In this document: in pieces, positions 34,829 through 46,311 of the stretch
Layout of the letters: each line of letters starts with the position of its first letter
Position numbering within the stretch: position 1 is the first letter of the stretch
Source of the DNA: Armatimonadota bacterium
GTDB lineage: Bacteria > Armatimonadota > UBA10988
Reading direction: 5' to 3'
NCBI GenBank assembly: GCA_016235455.1
Contig: JACRKZ010000023.1
Coordinates: forward strand, 1 to 55,624
DNA length: 55,624 nucleotides
The notes under the pieces: generated by a model
Database searches by the model: none
Told to the model about the DNA's origin: nothing
The model's input: the letters and a program-made list of their open reading frames with translations, nothing else
Made by a program: the position numbers and the translations under genes

Positions 34829-36769
34829 GTGCGCAACGTCATCGGCTTGATCGGAACGCTGGCCATGCTGGCGCTGGTGTCGGCACTGGGCATCAGCGAC
34901 GAGCTTACCCGCTGGCTGACCGACCTGCACTGGCGGGGCGCCGCCGCCTATGCCCCTGAGCCGTTCGCCGGCATCACCGTCGTGGCCATCGACGACAAGA
35001 CGCTGGCCAGTCGCGATCCCGTCACCGGCAAGCGCTTCGGCCGTACCGGTGACTGGTCGCGCGAACGCCATGCGCGGCTGCTGGCGAATCTCGGCCGGGC
35101 CCGCGCCGTGGGCTTCGATATCCTCTTCCTGGACGAAGGCCGTGACCCCGAAGGGGATGCGGCCTTCGCCGCGGCGACGGCGCGCCATGGTCGCGTGGTC
35201 CTGGCCTACAGCCTGTTTGGCGGCAATCGCACCATCGACAACCAGGACCAGCAGCGCATCGCGAGCCTGCTGGACCGCGCCGGCGTGCCGGCGGAGGCGC
35301 CGGCACGAGAGTGGCCCCGGCTGCGCGAGATCAACCTCCAGCCGCCCTTGCCGGCGCTGATGCAGGCGTCCGCCGGGCTGGGTCTGGTGGAAGTGGCGGC
35401 CGATCCCGACGGCGTACACCGCCGCTCCGTGCCGCTCTGGTGGTGCGGCGGGCGGCGCGTAATGCTGCCGAGCCTGCCGCTGAGCCTGGCCTGCGTGGCC
35501 ACCGGCAGCTCCCGCGAGGCGCTGCTGCCGGCCGCCGACCAGTTGCGTCTGGGCCGGCGCGACCTGGCCCTGCACCGCGGCGAACTGTGGCTGCAGCCGC
35601 TCGCTCGCCGGCCGACCGTGCACGGACCGGGCCAGCCGGTGCGCCTGGTCAGCTACTGCGACGCCCTGCGGGCCGACCCGGAGACCTTCCGCGACCAGAT
35701 CGTGCTGGTTGGCGAGACGGCCACGGGCACCGGCGATGTGCGACCCAACCCGCTCGATCCGGGCCTGCGCGGCGTGGAGTTCAACGCCGAGGTGCTGGCC
35801 AACCTGCTGCACGTCGCGCCCGTCAAGAAGCTGTCGGCCGGCGGCAATCTACTGCTTATCCTGCTGGCCATCGGCCTGCCTCTCTGGCTGTTCCGCGCGG
35901 CGGCGCCACGTCTGGCCATGGGGCTCTCGACGTTGGCCGCGGTGGTGCTGCTCGGGCTCATGGAGGTGCTGTTCTGGGCGGCGCGCACGGTGCCTGCCTG
36001 GGCGCCGGTGCTGGTGGGCGCGGCGAGCGCCACGCTGATCATGGGGCTCCTGCGCCTGGTCGAGGAGGAGCGCGCCAAACGCCAGATCCGCCGCAGCTTC
36101 GGCATGTACGTGGCGCCCGAGGTGGTGGCCATGATCGCCGACGACCCAGCCATCGCCAACCAGCAGGGCGCGCGCCAGGCCATGGCCGTACTGTTCAGCG
36201 ATGTGCGCAGCTTCACCAGCTACTGCGAGCAGAACCCGCCCGAACTGGTCGTGGCCCAAATGCGCGAGTACCTGGCCGAGATGACCCTGTCGGTGGACAA
36301 CTACCACGGTGTGCTGGACAAGTTCGTCGGTGACGCCGTCATGGCGCTCTATGGGCCGTTCCTCGAGCCCGACGCCAACGCCTGCGCGCTGGCCGTGGCC
36401 TCGGCGCTCGACATGCTGACCCGGCTCGACGCACTCAACGCCCGCTGGGCCGAAAGCGGCTGGCCACAGCTCAAGATCGGCATCGGCATCCACTACGGCC
36501 AGGCCATCCTGGGCAACATCGGCTCCGAACGGAAGATGCAATACACGGCGCTCGGCGATACAGTGAACACTGCGTCCCGACTGGAATCGATGACCAAGGA
36601 GCTGGGCACACTGCTGCTCGTGTCCGAAGAGGCGCGTGCCCTGGCCGAGCCCGTACTGGGCGGGCTGGTGGAGTTCCGCCCGTTGGGCGAGATAACCGTC
36701 CGCAATCGCGCTACGCCGGTGACCGTTTTCGCGGCCAGTCGACGCAGCGCGGAGCCATCGTCGTCATAA
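34829..36769 (+). CDS. CHASE2-domain class III adenylate cyclase
   Basis: CHASE2 motifs VVAIDDKTL, WSRERHA, VGFDILF, DPDGVHR and IVLVG; three TM helices; cyclase motifs LFSDVRSFT, DKFVGDAVMA and YTALGDTVNTASRLE (Lys/Thr specificity pair). Confidence 0.93.
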   Translation: MRNVIGLIGTLAMLALVSALGISDELTRWLTDLHWRGAAAYAPEPFAGITVVAIDDKTLASRDPVTGKRFGRTGDWSRERHARLLANLGRARAVGFDILFLDEGRDPEGDAAFAAATARHGRVVLAYSLFGGNRTIDNQDQQRIASLLDRAGVPAEAPAREWPRLREINLQPPLPALMQASAGLGLVEVAADPDGVHRRSVPLWWCGGRRVMLPSLPLSLACVATGSSREALLPAADQLRLGRRDLALHRGELWLQPLARRPTVHGPGQPVRLVSYCDALRADPETFRDQIVLVGETATGTGDVRPNPLDPGLRGVEFNAEVLANLLHVAPVKKLSAGGNLLLILLAIGLPLWLFRAAAPRLAMGLSTLAAVVLLGLMEVLFWAARTVPAWAPVLVGAASATLIMGLLRLVEEERAKRQIRRSFGMYVAPEVVAMIADDPAIANQQGARQAMAVLFSDVRSFTSYCEQNPPELVVAQMREYLAEMTLSVDNYHGVLDKFVGDAVMALYGPFLEPDANACALAVASALDMLTRLDALNARWAESGWPQLKIGIGIHYGQAILGNIGSERKMQYTALGDTVNTASRLESMTKELGTLLLVSEEARALAEPVLGGLVEFRPLGEITVRNRATPVTVFAASRRSAEPSSS

Positions 36770-36779
36770 GGAAACGATC

Positions 36780-37949
36780 ATGCCCCCAACCAAGAAGACC
36801 GGCGGCCAGCAGGACGATCTCATGGCCGCCATCTCGCAGGTGAAAACCAACCAGGATCGCCGCACCAAACGCAGTTCGCGCCGCAAGACGGTGCGTAGCG
36901 CGGAGATGCTCGTCGGCAACTGGGTCAAGAAGCTGCTGGTGCTCGTCGTGGTGGCCCTGGTGGCGCTGCTGGTCGATGGCGTGCGCCGTGAGGCCAATGA
37001 CTTCAAGGCCTATGTCACCGCCTTCAGCGGCAATGTACAGGTCACCTCGGGCGGCAAGACCGCACCGGCCACCATGGACCAGAAGCTGCTCGACGACGAC
37101 GTCGTGGAGACCGCCGCCGGCGCCACCTGCACGCTGGTCATGAGCGAGGGCAGCGCGGTGCAGATGGAGCCGGGCACGCGGCTCACCGTGCGCGTGCTCG
37201 ACTACTGCCGCGGCGGCCGCCGCGACCGCAGCTTCATGGTGGAGCGTGGCAGCGCGATCAGCACCGTCGGCAAGTACTTCGGCGCCGAGTCGCAGTCCAA
37301 CGTGGTGACCCCCACCGCCGTGGCGGCGGTGCGCGGCACGGCCTTCCGCGTGGCCTACGATCCGGCCACGCAGCAGACCGCCGTGCAGACGGTCGAGGGC
37401 AAGGTCGATGTGCGCACGCCCGTCGGCGTGCCCCAGCAGGTCACCGCCGGCCGCGCCGTCGGCGCCGCGGGTTACAGCCTGGCCGTCGGCGGCCCGCTGG
37501 ACGAAGCCAGCCGGCGCGCGCTGACCGCTCAGGCCACGAGGCTGCGCGCGTTGGAGACGGACCGCACACCAAACAAGATGAATGCTCTGGAGTCCACACT
37601 GACCGCCGTGGCCGACCCCGTGCTGCAGCTGCTCGGCATCTGCCCCGGCGGCTGGGGCTACAACAGCATCGACTCCGCCCGGCGCTCGGCCTGCATGGAA
37701 GCCCTGCGCACATTGCGCACCAACCTGACCTCGCTGCCCGACCCGCCCGAGGTCATCAACCCCTGGACCCTGGCCGAGCTCAACCTCGACCCCAAAGAGA
37801 AGAAGCGTCTGGTCAAGGCCTTCCTGGGCCAGATGATCGACAAATACGAGAAGCGGGAGCACGACTGGACCATCGAAGCGACATGCCGCGACAAGCGCCG
37901 CACGCGCTACGTGGTCACCGAGGGCACGCTCGAGAAGATCCAAGGCTGA
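36780..37949 (+). CDS. FecR-domain membrane protein with an extra C-terminal domain
   Basis: One TM helix; DDDVVETAAG, EGSAVQMEPGT, VVTPTAVAAVRGTAFRV and VEGKVDV; starts 11 nt after the cyclase. Confidence 0.85.
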   Translation: MPPTKKTGGQQDDLMAAISQVKTNQDRRTKRSSRRKTVRSAEMLVGNWVKKLLVLVVVALVALLVDGVRREANDFKAYVTAFSGNVQVTSGGKTAPATMDQKLLDDDVVETAAGATCTLVMSEGSAVQMEPGTRLTVRVLDYCRGGRRDRSFMVERGSAISTVGKYFGAESQSNVVTPTAVAAVRGTAFRVAYDPATQQTAVQTVEGKVDVRTPVGVPQQVTAGRAVGAAGYSLAVGGPLDEASRRALTAQATRLRALETDRTPNKMNALESTLTAVADPVLQLLGICPGGWGYNSIDSARRSACMEALRTLRTNLTSLPDPPEVINPWTLAELNLDPKEKKRLVKAFLGQMIDKYEKREHDWTIEATCRDKRRTRYVVTEGTLEKIQG

Positions 37950-38070
37950 GCACGCGCGTGCCGCGCGGCGATACCCATCATCGAAGGGCGGCCCGCAGGT
38001 TGTCGTGACGGCGCCGGGTTGCGTCCTGGTAAACGACCGCATACGTTTTCGGCATGGCGGCCCCGGCTGT

Positions 38071-38100
38071 TTGACAGAAGGGGCTGGAGGCAGCTAGAAT
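38071..38100 (+). promoter_or_regulatory. Sigma70 promoter of the DUF6754 operon
   Basis: TTGACA-18 nt-TAGAAT directly before the first gene. Confidence 0.7.
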
Positions 38101-38112
38101 CGGCTATTCGCG

Positions 38113-38601
38113 GTGAGAGGGACGCCATTGGGCCAAGCGGGTAGCAGCCAGACCGAGTTGAGTTGGCAAGACCACCCCGCTCGTCGGCGGCCGCGCGCCG
38201 TTGTCTTCGCCGTGCTCTACGTCGCCGCCGCCAGTTTGGCGCTCCATCTCGGCTTTCGCACGCCGTGGCTGACGCTGCTCGGCAGGCTTGGTCTGGTCGC
38301 CGCGGCGGCGGATTTCTGGTTCCCCACCGCCTACGCGCTGGATGCCAACGGCGCCTCTGTGCGGAGCCTGCTGGGCGCGCGACAGCTGGCCTGGTCGGCG
38401 GTGCGTTGCGCGGCGCGGGTCGAGCAGCAGGGCCAATGCGGCGTCATGCTCTCGCCGGTCGGCGAGCCGGGACTGGCCCAGCGCATGCGCAGCCTGTGGC
38501 TGCCGGTGGCGGTCGAGGGCGAGCCCTCGCTGGACACACTGGTCGGCTGGGTGGAGCGCCATGCGCTCGCGCGGCGTGTGCCGGGGGTGGCCCATGGCTG
38601 A
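38113..38601 (+). CDS. Hypothetical 2-TM protein with PH-like cytoplasmic tail (alternative start TTG 38128)
   Basis: LSWQDHPARRRP, two TM helices, FWFPTAYALDANG...W...GVMLSP; the stop overlaps the next start. Confidence 0.7.
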   Translation: MRGTPLGQAGSSQTELSWQDHPARRRPRAVVFAVLYVAAASLALHLGFRTPWLTLLGRLGLVAAAADFWFPTAYALDANGASVRSLLGARQLAWSAVRCAARVEQQGQCGVMLSPVGEPGLAQRMRSLWLPVAVEGEPSLDTLVGWVERHALARRVPGVAHG

Positions 38602-38914
38602 CGCCGCGAGCCAGGGCGAGCTGGCGCCGGAGATGGAACGCATGGCGCGCTTCATCGTCGACCGCGGGCTGGCCACGCCAGCCGTGCTGTTCCTCGGCCT
38701 GCACCGGCCACTGGCCCACCTGTCGTCGCAGGCGCTGGTCGTCAGCGGCGGGGTTCTGGCGCCGCTGATGGGCATGGACCAGTTCCGCGCGCTGCACGAC
38801 ACGCTGGCCGACCAGGACCACTACGACGCCTTCCTGGACCGTCTTGAAACGCTCACCCATGCCGAGGACCGGCGGCGCGACACGCAGCCGACCTCGCGGA
38901 AGGACGACGCCTGA
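38594..38914 (+). CDS. Conserved-looking hypothetical protein (106 aa)
   Basis: ATG at 38594; ARFIVDRGLATPAVLFLGLHRPLAHLSSQAL; TGATG coupling to the next gene. Confidence 0.75.
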   Translation: MADAASQGELAPEMERMARFIVDRGLATPAVLFLGLHRPLAHLSSQALVVSGGVLAPLMGMDQFRALHDTLADQDHYDAFLDRLETLTHAEDRRRDTQPTSRKDDA

Positions 38915-39690
38915 TGGAGTTCGCCAACCCCTTCGCCCTGATCATCCTCACCGCACTGTCGGCGCTGGTCCTGGCGTTCATCCTGACCAGCACCGGCGGG
39001 CGTGAGCTGTTCATCCGCCGCGTGCCGGGCGTCGACGCCATCGACGAGGTGGTCGGCCGCGCCGTGGAACTGGGCCGGCCCATCCTGTTCAGCGTCGGCC
39101 TGGGCGGCATCGACATCACCACGCTGCAGGCCATCACGGTCATCGGCCATGTGGCCAAGATCGCCGCGCGCTTCCGCAACCGCGTCATTGTGCCGGTGGT
39201 GGACCCCATGGCCATCCCGGTGATCGAGGAAGTACAGCGCGAGTCCTATGCCTCCGAGCGCGCCGAGGAGGCCTTCAACCCCGAAGACATCCGCTTCCTG
39301 TCGGGTGAGCAGTTCGCCTATGCGGCCGGCGTGGTGGGCATCATGCATCGCGAGCGAGTGGGCGCGACGTTCTTCTTCGGCAACTTCGCCGCCGAGGCGC
39401 TGGTCATGGCCGAGAGCGGCCAGCAGGTGGGCGCCGTGCAGATCGCCTCGACGCCCGACAGCAACCAGATCCCATTCTTCCTGGCCACCTGTGACTATGT
39501 CATCATCGGCGAGGAGTACTACGCCGTCACCGCGCTCATGAGCCGCGATCCCGTGCTGCGCGGCAGCCTCATCGGGCAGGATTACGTGAAGGTCATCCTG
39601 CTGCTGCTCATCGTCCTCGGATTCACGCTGACCACGATCATGGGTCCCGGCCACTTCCTCGCGAAGTGGTTCGCGGGCAGCGGAGGCTAG
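38914..39690 (+). CDS. DUF6754-family membrane protein
   Basis: FIRRVPGVDAIDEVVGRAVELGRPILF, QFAYAAGV, FFFGNFAAEAL, QIPFFLATCDYVIIGEEYYA and GSLIGQD; TM helices at both ends. Family recognised from memory. Confidence 0.8.
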   Translation: MEFANPFALIILTALSALVLAFILTSTGGRELFIRRVPGVDAIDEVVGRAVELGRPILFSVGLGGIDITTLQAITVIGHVAKIAARFRNRVIVPVVDPMAIPVIEEVQRESYASERAEEAFNPEDIRFLSGEQFAYAAGVVGIMHRERVGATFFFGNFAAEALVMAESGQQVGAVQIASTPDSNQIPFFLATCDYVIIGEEYYAVTALMSRDPVLRGSLIGQDYVKVILLLLIVLGFTLTTIMGPGHFLAKWFAGSGG

Positions 39691-39693
39691 ACC

Positions 39694-40935
39694 ATGCCGC
39701 AGGGCGCTTCCTCGACACCCTACCCGCCAGGCCTGCTCCAGGACTGGTTCGCCACGCACGTCTTCTGTCCGCTGCATGGCGTGGCCTTCGTCGCCGCGAT
39801 CATCGCCACGGTGGTCGCCTTCGTGGCCATCCTGGCGGGCCTGCAGTCGCTCGGCTCAGGCGCCCGGCGACGGCTGACCATGGCCTGCACCTTCGTCGCC
39901 GGCCTGTTCTACCTGCTGGCCTTCGTGCTCACGCCAGGCAACAAGGCCAGCGGCACGGCGGTCATCGGCGGCAAGGCCTGTGCCTTCCGGGCCGATATCA
40001 CCTGGGACACCGCGCCCGACCCCACGCCCCAGGGCCCGCCGGTCGACGACAAGGACAAGCCCTGGCAGCCGCCCAAGCCCAAGACGCGCACGCTCAAGGG
40101 CGCGGTCGAGTTGACGCCCGCGGAGAAGGTCAAGGGCGAGCCCCAACCCGGTGTCGACATCCTGCCCATCGAGGGCACGCAAAACGCCGACGGCACCTGG
40201 GACCTCAAGCTCGCCGTGGACGAGACGCCGGTGGCGCTGACGCGCACCGGCCGCAGCTACGCCCTGGCCTGGACCGGTGGCAGCGGCACGCTGACCTTCC
40301 GCGCGGGCATCCCGCTCAACCGGGTCAAGGGTTACGAGCAGCCGCTGGGCACGTTCATGATCATCATGGGCGGCTTCACCATCTTCCTGGGGCTGATCAA
40401 CCTGGTCATGCTCCACGGCAAGGTGCTGCTCGGCGCGCGACGCGGCTGGCACAACTCGCTGGCCTTCTTCATCGGGCTGGTGGGCATGACCGTGTTCGGC
40501 CTGTGGCAGCTACAGTTGCCGGCGCTGGAGGCTGGCCAGCCAGTGCCGCTGGCGCACGCGGGGTACAAGCTGTTCTTCGACGGCCTGCTCAAGCCGCTGC
40601 AGTCGACGACCTTCGCGCTGCTGGGCTTCTTCATCGTCTCGGCCGCCTATCGCGCCTTCCGCATCCGCTCCACCGAAGCGGCGCTGATGACCATCGTGGC
40701 CTTCGTGGTCATGCTGGGCCAGGTGCCCATGGGTCAGGCGCTGACCGCCTGGATCCCCGCCGACGGCCCCTTTGGCTGGCTGCGCATCGAGACCATCACC
40801 AACTGGTTGCTGACCACGCCCAACACCGCCGCCACCCGCGGCATCCTGTTCGGCTCGGTGACCGGCGGCTTCGCCCTCTCGTTGCGCGTGTGGCTCAGCC
40901 TCGAACGCGGCAGCTACTTCGGAAAGGAGTTCTAG
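39694..40935 (+). CDS. Polytopic membrane protein of the DUF6754 cluster, with an inserted soluble beta-domain
   Basis: About 7-8 hydrophobic helices; PLQSTTFALLGFFIVSAAYRAFRIRSTEAALM, LGQVPMG, PNTAATRGI and LERGSYFG. Confidence 0.8.
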   Translation: MPQGASSTPYPPGLLQDWFATHVFCPLHGVAFVAAIIATVVAFVAILAGLQSLGSGARRRLTMACTFVAGLFYLLAFVLTPGNKASGTAVIGGKACAFRADITWDTAPDPTPQGPPVDDKDKPWQPPKPKTRTLKGAVELTPAEKVKGEPQPGVDILPIEGTQNADGTWDLKLAVDETPVALTRTGRSYALAWTGGSGTLTFRAGIPLNRVKGYEQPLGTFMIIMGGFTIFLGLINLVMLHGKVLLGARRGWHNSLAFFIGLVGMTVFGLWQLQLPALEAGQPVPLAHAGYKLFFDGLLKPLQSTTFALLGFFIVSAAYRAFRIRSTEAALMTIVAFVVMLGQVPMGQALTAWIPADGPFGWLRIETITNWLLTTPNTAATRGILFGSVTGGFALSLRVWLSLERGSYFGKEF

Positions 40936-40938
40936 CCC

Positions 40939-41853
40939 ATGAGCCCCGCCCTGCTCCGACTCCTGGCCCGCTCGCGCTCGATTGACCGCCGCTGGATTGC
41001 CCTGGCCACCGTGCTCATGCTGGCCGCGCCGCTCATCTGGCGCATTCCGCTGACCATGGTGCCGTTCCCGGCCACGGTCAAGCTCAAGACCACCATCGAT
41101 GCCGTGCCCGAGAACAAGCTGATCATCGTCGCCGTCGACTGGGACTCGGCCACCAAGGGCGAGTGCCAGCCGCTGACTGCCGCGGTCATCGACTACCTGC
41201 TCAAGAACAACAAGAAGTTCGCGCTGTTCGGCTTCATCCCCCAGGGCCCCGAACTGGCGCAGCGCCTGACCGAGGAACTGGCCCGCAAGTACCCCGGCAA
41301 GACGTACGGCAAGGACTGGGTCAACTGGGGCTATCGGCCCAACGTGATGAACACGCTCATCGCCATGATGAACGATGTGCCGGGCACGCTGAAGACCGAC
41401 ATCCGCAAGAACGACCTGTCCAAGGACCCGCTGACGCAGATGGTGCCCAACCTCAAGGAGGCCGGTCTGCTGTATCACGTCAGCGGCACGGCATTGTTCA
41501 AGAGCTACCTGCAGTTCTGCGCCGGCGTGCCGCTGGCCAACGCCGTGACTGCAGTCATGGGGCCGGAGCAGTACCCCTATCTGCAGTCGGGCCAGACCAA
41601 GGGCCTGCTGGTCGGGCTGGGCGGCGCGGCGCAGTTCGAAGCCGTGGGCGACTTCAAGGATGAGACCGGCGCCAAGGGCGGCGAGGGCTACAAGGGCATG
41701 GGCAGCCAGTCGCTGGGCCACCTGCTGGTCATGGCGCTGATCGTGCTGGGCAACCTCGGCGTGTGGGCCCAGCGCCGGCTGGATGAGACGACCCCACCGC
41801 CCGACGACGAGCCGAGCGAGACGCCCATCGACGACCAAGGAGAGGCGGCATGA
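40939..41853 (+). CDS. Membrane protein of the DUF6754 cluster (TM, alpha/beta domain, TM)
   Basis: IDRRWI, YGKDWVNWGY, VTAVMGPEQYPYLQSGQ, GLLVGLGGAAQFE and MGSQSLGHLL...LGN. Confidence 0.8.
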   Translation: MSPALLRLLARSRSIDRRWIALATVLMLAAPLIWRIPLTMVPFPATVKLKTTIDAVPENKLIIVAVDWDSATKGECQPLTAAVIDYLLKNNKKFALFGFIPQGPELAQRLTEELARKYPGKTYGKDWVNWGYRPNVMNTLIAMMNDVPGTLKTDIRKNDLSKDPLTQMVPNLKEAGLLYHVSGTALFKSYLQFCAGVPLANAVTAVMGPEQYPYLQSGQTKGLLVGLGGAAQFEAVGDFKDETGAKGGEGYKGMGSQSLGHLLVMALIVLGNLGVWAQRRLDETTPPPDDEPSETPIDDQGEAA

Positions 41854-42452
41854 CTTTCAGCCCCGCTTCCGTAGATACAATGGTGATGCTGGTGGCGGTG
41901 GTCAGCACACTGGCCATCCTCTCCGTGGTCTACCGCGAGAACGCCTTCTACCGGCTGTTCGAGCACCTGTTCGTCGGCGTGGCCACGGGCTTCGGCATCT
42001 TCGTCACCTGGCGCGACGCGCTCAGTGAGAACTTCTGGCAGCCGCTCAGCCATGGCTCCTGGTATGTGATCATCCCGATGCTCGTGTCGCTGCTGTTCTA
42101 CACGGTGATGATCCCCAAGTACGCGTGGATGAGCCGCTTCCTGATCAGCATCCTGTTCGGCCTGGGCGCCGGCGCCACGTTCCGCGGCTTTGCCACCGAG
42201 GTCTTCCCGCAGGTCAAGAGCTCGTTCCTGTCGGTGGTGCCGCGCGCGGCGACCGAGGCCGGGGCGGCGGTCAGCACGGGTCAGGCGCTCAACAACATCG
42301 TCTTCCTGGGCACGCTGATCTGCGTGATGGTGTACTTCTTCTTCTCGTTCCGGCACGACAACAAGATCGTCACGAAGACCGCGCGCACGGGTCGCTGGTT
42401 GCTGATGATCGCCTTTGGCGCCACGTTCGGCAGTACCGTCATGGCGCGCTTC

Positions 42453-44331
<1,879 letters not shown>

Positions 44332-44345
<14 letters not shown>

Positions 44346-44760
44346 GGCAGACCTCCATCGCCAGCGACAGAGCCAGCGCCGCCGCGCTGCCCACGCTCGC
44401 CGTCGTCGCGGCACCCTCGATGCCGACCAGCACGGCGCGCGCCGGCCGCACGCACACGCGCGGCGCCATGGCCAGCAGATACGGCAACCCGGCCCCATGG
44501 TCGGGTACACCGCCCGATATCGCGGCCACCGCTTCGCCGGGTAGCAGCACGACCTCGCCCGGCTGACCAAAGCCCTCGACTCCGTCCACCAGCACGACCA
44601 GATCGCAGCCCTCGAACCAGCGTAACAGGCCCAGTCCGGCCACGCCGCCGTCGACCAGCTCAACCCCGGGCAGCGCGCGCGCCGACAGCGCGTCGAACAC
44701 CGCCGGCCCGGCGCTATCCTCAGCCCATAGCCGGTTGCCGATGCAGAGGATGCGGTTCAT
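44332..44760 (-). CDS. Hydrogenase maturation endopeptidase
   Basis: [25 protein letters not shown] and a conserved His (DHG); ATGA overlap with the large subunit stop. Confidence 0.92.
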
Positions 44761-46301
44761 GGTGCCAGACCAAAGCGGATGGTCCGGTCGCGCTGGCCGC
44801 TGCGCACCAGATGCACGGTGCAGACCATGCAGTGGTCGAAGCTGCGCACCACGTGACCGAGTTCCACGGGGTTGTCGGGATCGGCCACGGGCGTGCCGAT
44901 CAGCGCCTCCTCGGTGTAGCCACGCTGGCCGCCGGCGTCGCGCGGGCCCGCGTGCCAGCCGGTGGGGGTGATGATCTGGTAGGCCGTGAGGCGGCCTTCG
45001 GCCACACGGATCCAGTGGCCCAGCGCCCCGCGCGCCGCGGCCACCAGGCCGCGTCCCTCGCCCTCAACGGGTAGCTCGGGCCGCTCGTAGCAGCGAGCAT
45101 CGCCGCGCAGCTCGGCCAGCCATGTCTCGATGGCCGGCAGCAGCACCGCCGGTCGCACGAGCCGCGCCAGTTGCCGCGTCAGCGCCGACGGCCCGCTGGC
45201 GGCCAGGAGATCGGTGATCAGCGGGTTCGCCCCCATGACCATTTCGGCCAGCGGGCCGGTCTCGGCGCTGAGCCCGGCGTAGCGCGGCGCCTTGGCCCAC
45301 GAGTAGCGAGCGCCCTCATGGCCGGTGGCATACGGTTTGGTCTTGCCTTGCGAGGGATGGCGCGGCTCTGGCCCGTCGTCGTACCACGAACTGGCGATGT
45401 CCTCGGCTATGCTCGCCTCGTCCAGCGCTCTCACATGATCGCCGCTGGCGAAGCCCGCGGGGATGAAGCTGCTGCCGCCGCCCAGGCCGCGCACGGCGCT
45501 GTCGTCGGGCACCGGGAAACCGCCGTAGCTCAGGTAGTTGCCATGGCCGGCGCCGAGCCGGTCCAGCCCGATGGCCCGCGCGCAGCGCAGCCAGAAGCCG
45601 ATGGCGCCGTCACCGTGGTGCGGGCTCTCGTCAAGCCAGGCATCAAGATCGTCCGCCGAGCGCACGTCCTGCCAACGTTCCAGCGAGCAGCCTAGGATGC
45701 GCTGCTCATACCACTGCCGGAAGGCGTGCACGAGGAGGCGACACTGCACCAGCTCCGCCGAGCCAGGCGCCGAGACCACGCCGCCGGGCACCATGAACGA
45801 GGAGTGCGGCCATTGGCCGCCGAGGATGGCGACGACCTCCAGCACATGCTTGGTCTCGCGCAGCACCTCGATGACCGTCTCACCTGCGAACGGCGCGAAG
45901 CGGCGCTGTGCCTCGGGGTAGAACGGCTCGGCCGACCACCGTGGGTTGGCCAGGTCGCCCGCATACATCAGGAACCCATGGCGCAGGTCGTTCTGCAAGT
46001 CCTCGACCATGAGCGCCACGTTGCGCAGTCGCAGCGCGTCGGGCGGCGGCGTGATCCCGCCCAGATGCTCCAGAGCCGTTACCGCGGCCGTCAGGTGCGC
46101 CGTGGTACACATGCCGCAGATGCGCGGTGTGATGACCAGGCCATCGAGCGCGTCGCGGCCGACCATCATGCGCTCGAAACCGCGGTACATGGTACCCGAG
46201 CACCAGGCCTCGGTCACCACACCGTCGGTCAGTTCCACGCGCAGGTCCAGGTCGCCCTCGACCCGGTTGAGCGGCACGCCTATCTGCACCACATGTGCCA
46301 T
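44757..46301 (-). CDS. [NiFe]-hydrogenase large subunit, group 2 (2c-like)
   Basis: ATG at 46301; LNRVEGDL, MYRGFE, L1 PRICGMCTTAH, GGQWPHSS, YSWAKAPRY, ARGALGHW and L2 SFDHCMVCTVH, then a 17-aa C-terminal extension. Confidence 0.95.
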   Translation of the reverse strand: MAHVVQIGVPLNRVEGDLDLRVELTDGVVTEAWCSGTMYRGFERMMVGRDALDGLVITPRICGMCTTAHLTAAVTALEHLGGITPPPDALRLRNVALMVEDLQNDLRHGFLMYAGDLANPRWSAEPFYPEAQRRFAPFAGETVIEVLRETKHVLEVVAILGGQWPHSSFMVPGGVVSAPGSAELVQCRLLVHAFRQWYEQRILGCSLERWQDVRSADDLDAWLDESPHHGDGAIGFWLRCARAIGLDRLGAGHGNYLSYGGFPVPDDSAVRGLGGGSSFIPAGFASGDHVRALDEASIAEDIASSWYDDGPEPRHPSQGKTKPYATGHEGARYSWAKAPRYAGLSAETGPLAEMVMGANPLITDLLAASGPSALTRQLARLVRPAVLLPAIETWLAELRGDARCYERPELPVEGEGRGLVAAARGALGHWIRVAEGRLTAYQIITPTGWHAGPRDAGGQRGYTEEALIGTPVADPDNPVELGHVVRSFDHCMVCTVHLVRSGQRDRTIRFGLAP

Positions 46302-46311
46302 GGACCTGCTC

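Noticed and set aside
44346-44663. N-terminal extension of the kinase in the ORF track (736 aa), suggesting an extra sensor domain
   Set aside because: Overlaps the protease gene in another frame; ATG at 44345 gives normal translational coupling.
44757-44845. Selenocysteine ([NiFeSe]) hydrogenase
   Set aside because: Both L2 cysteines are TGC codons; there is no in-frame TGA.
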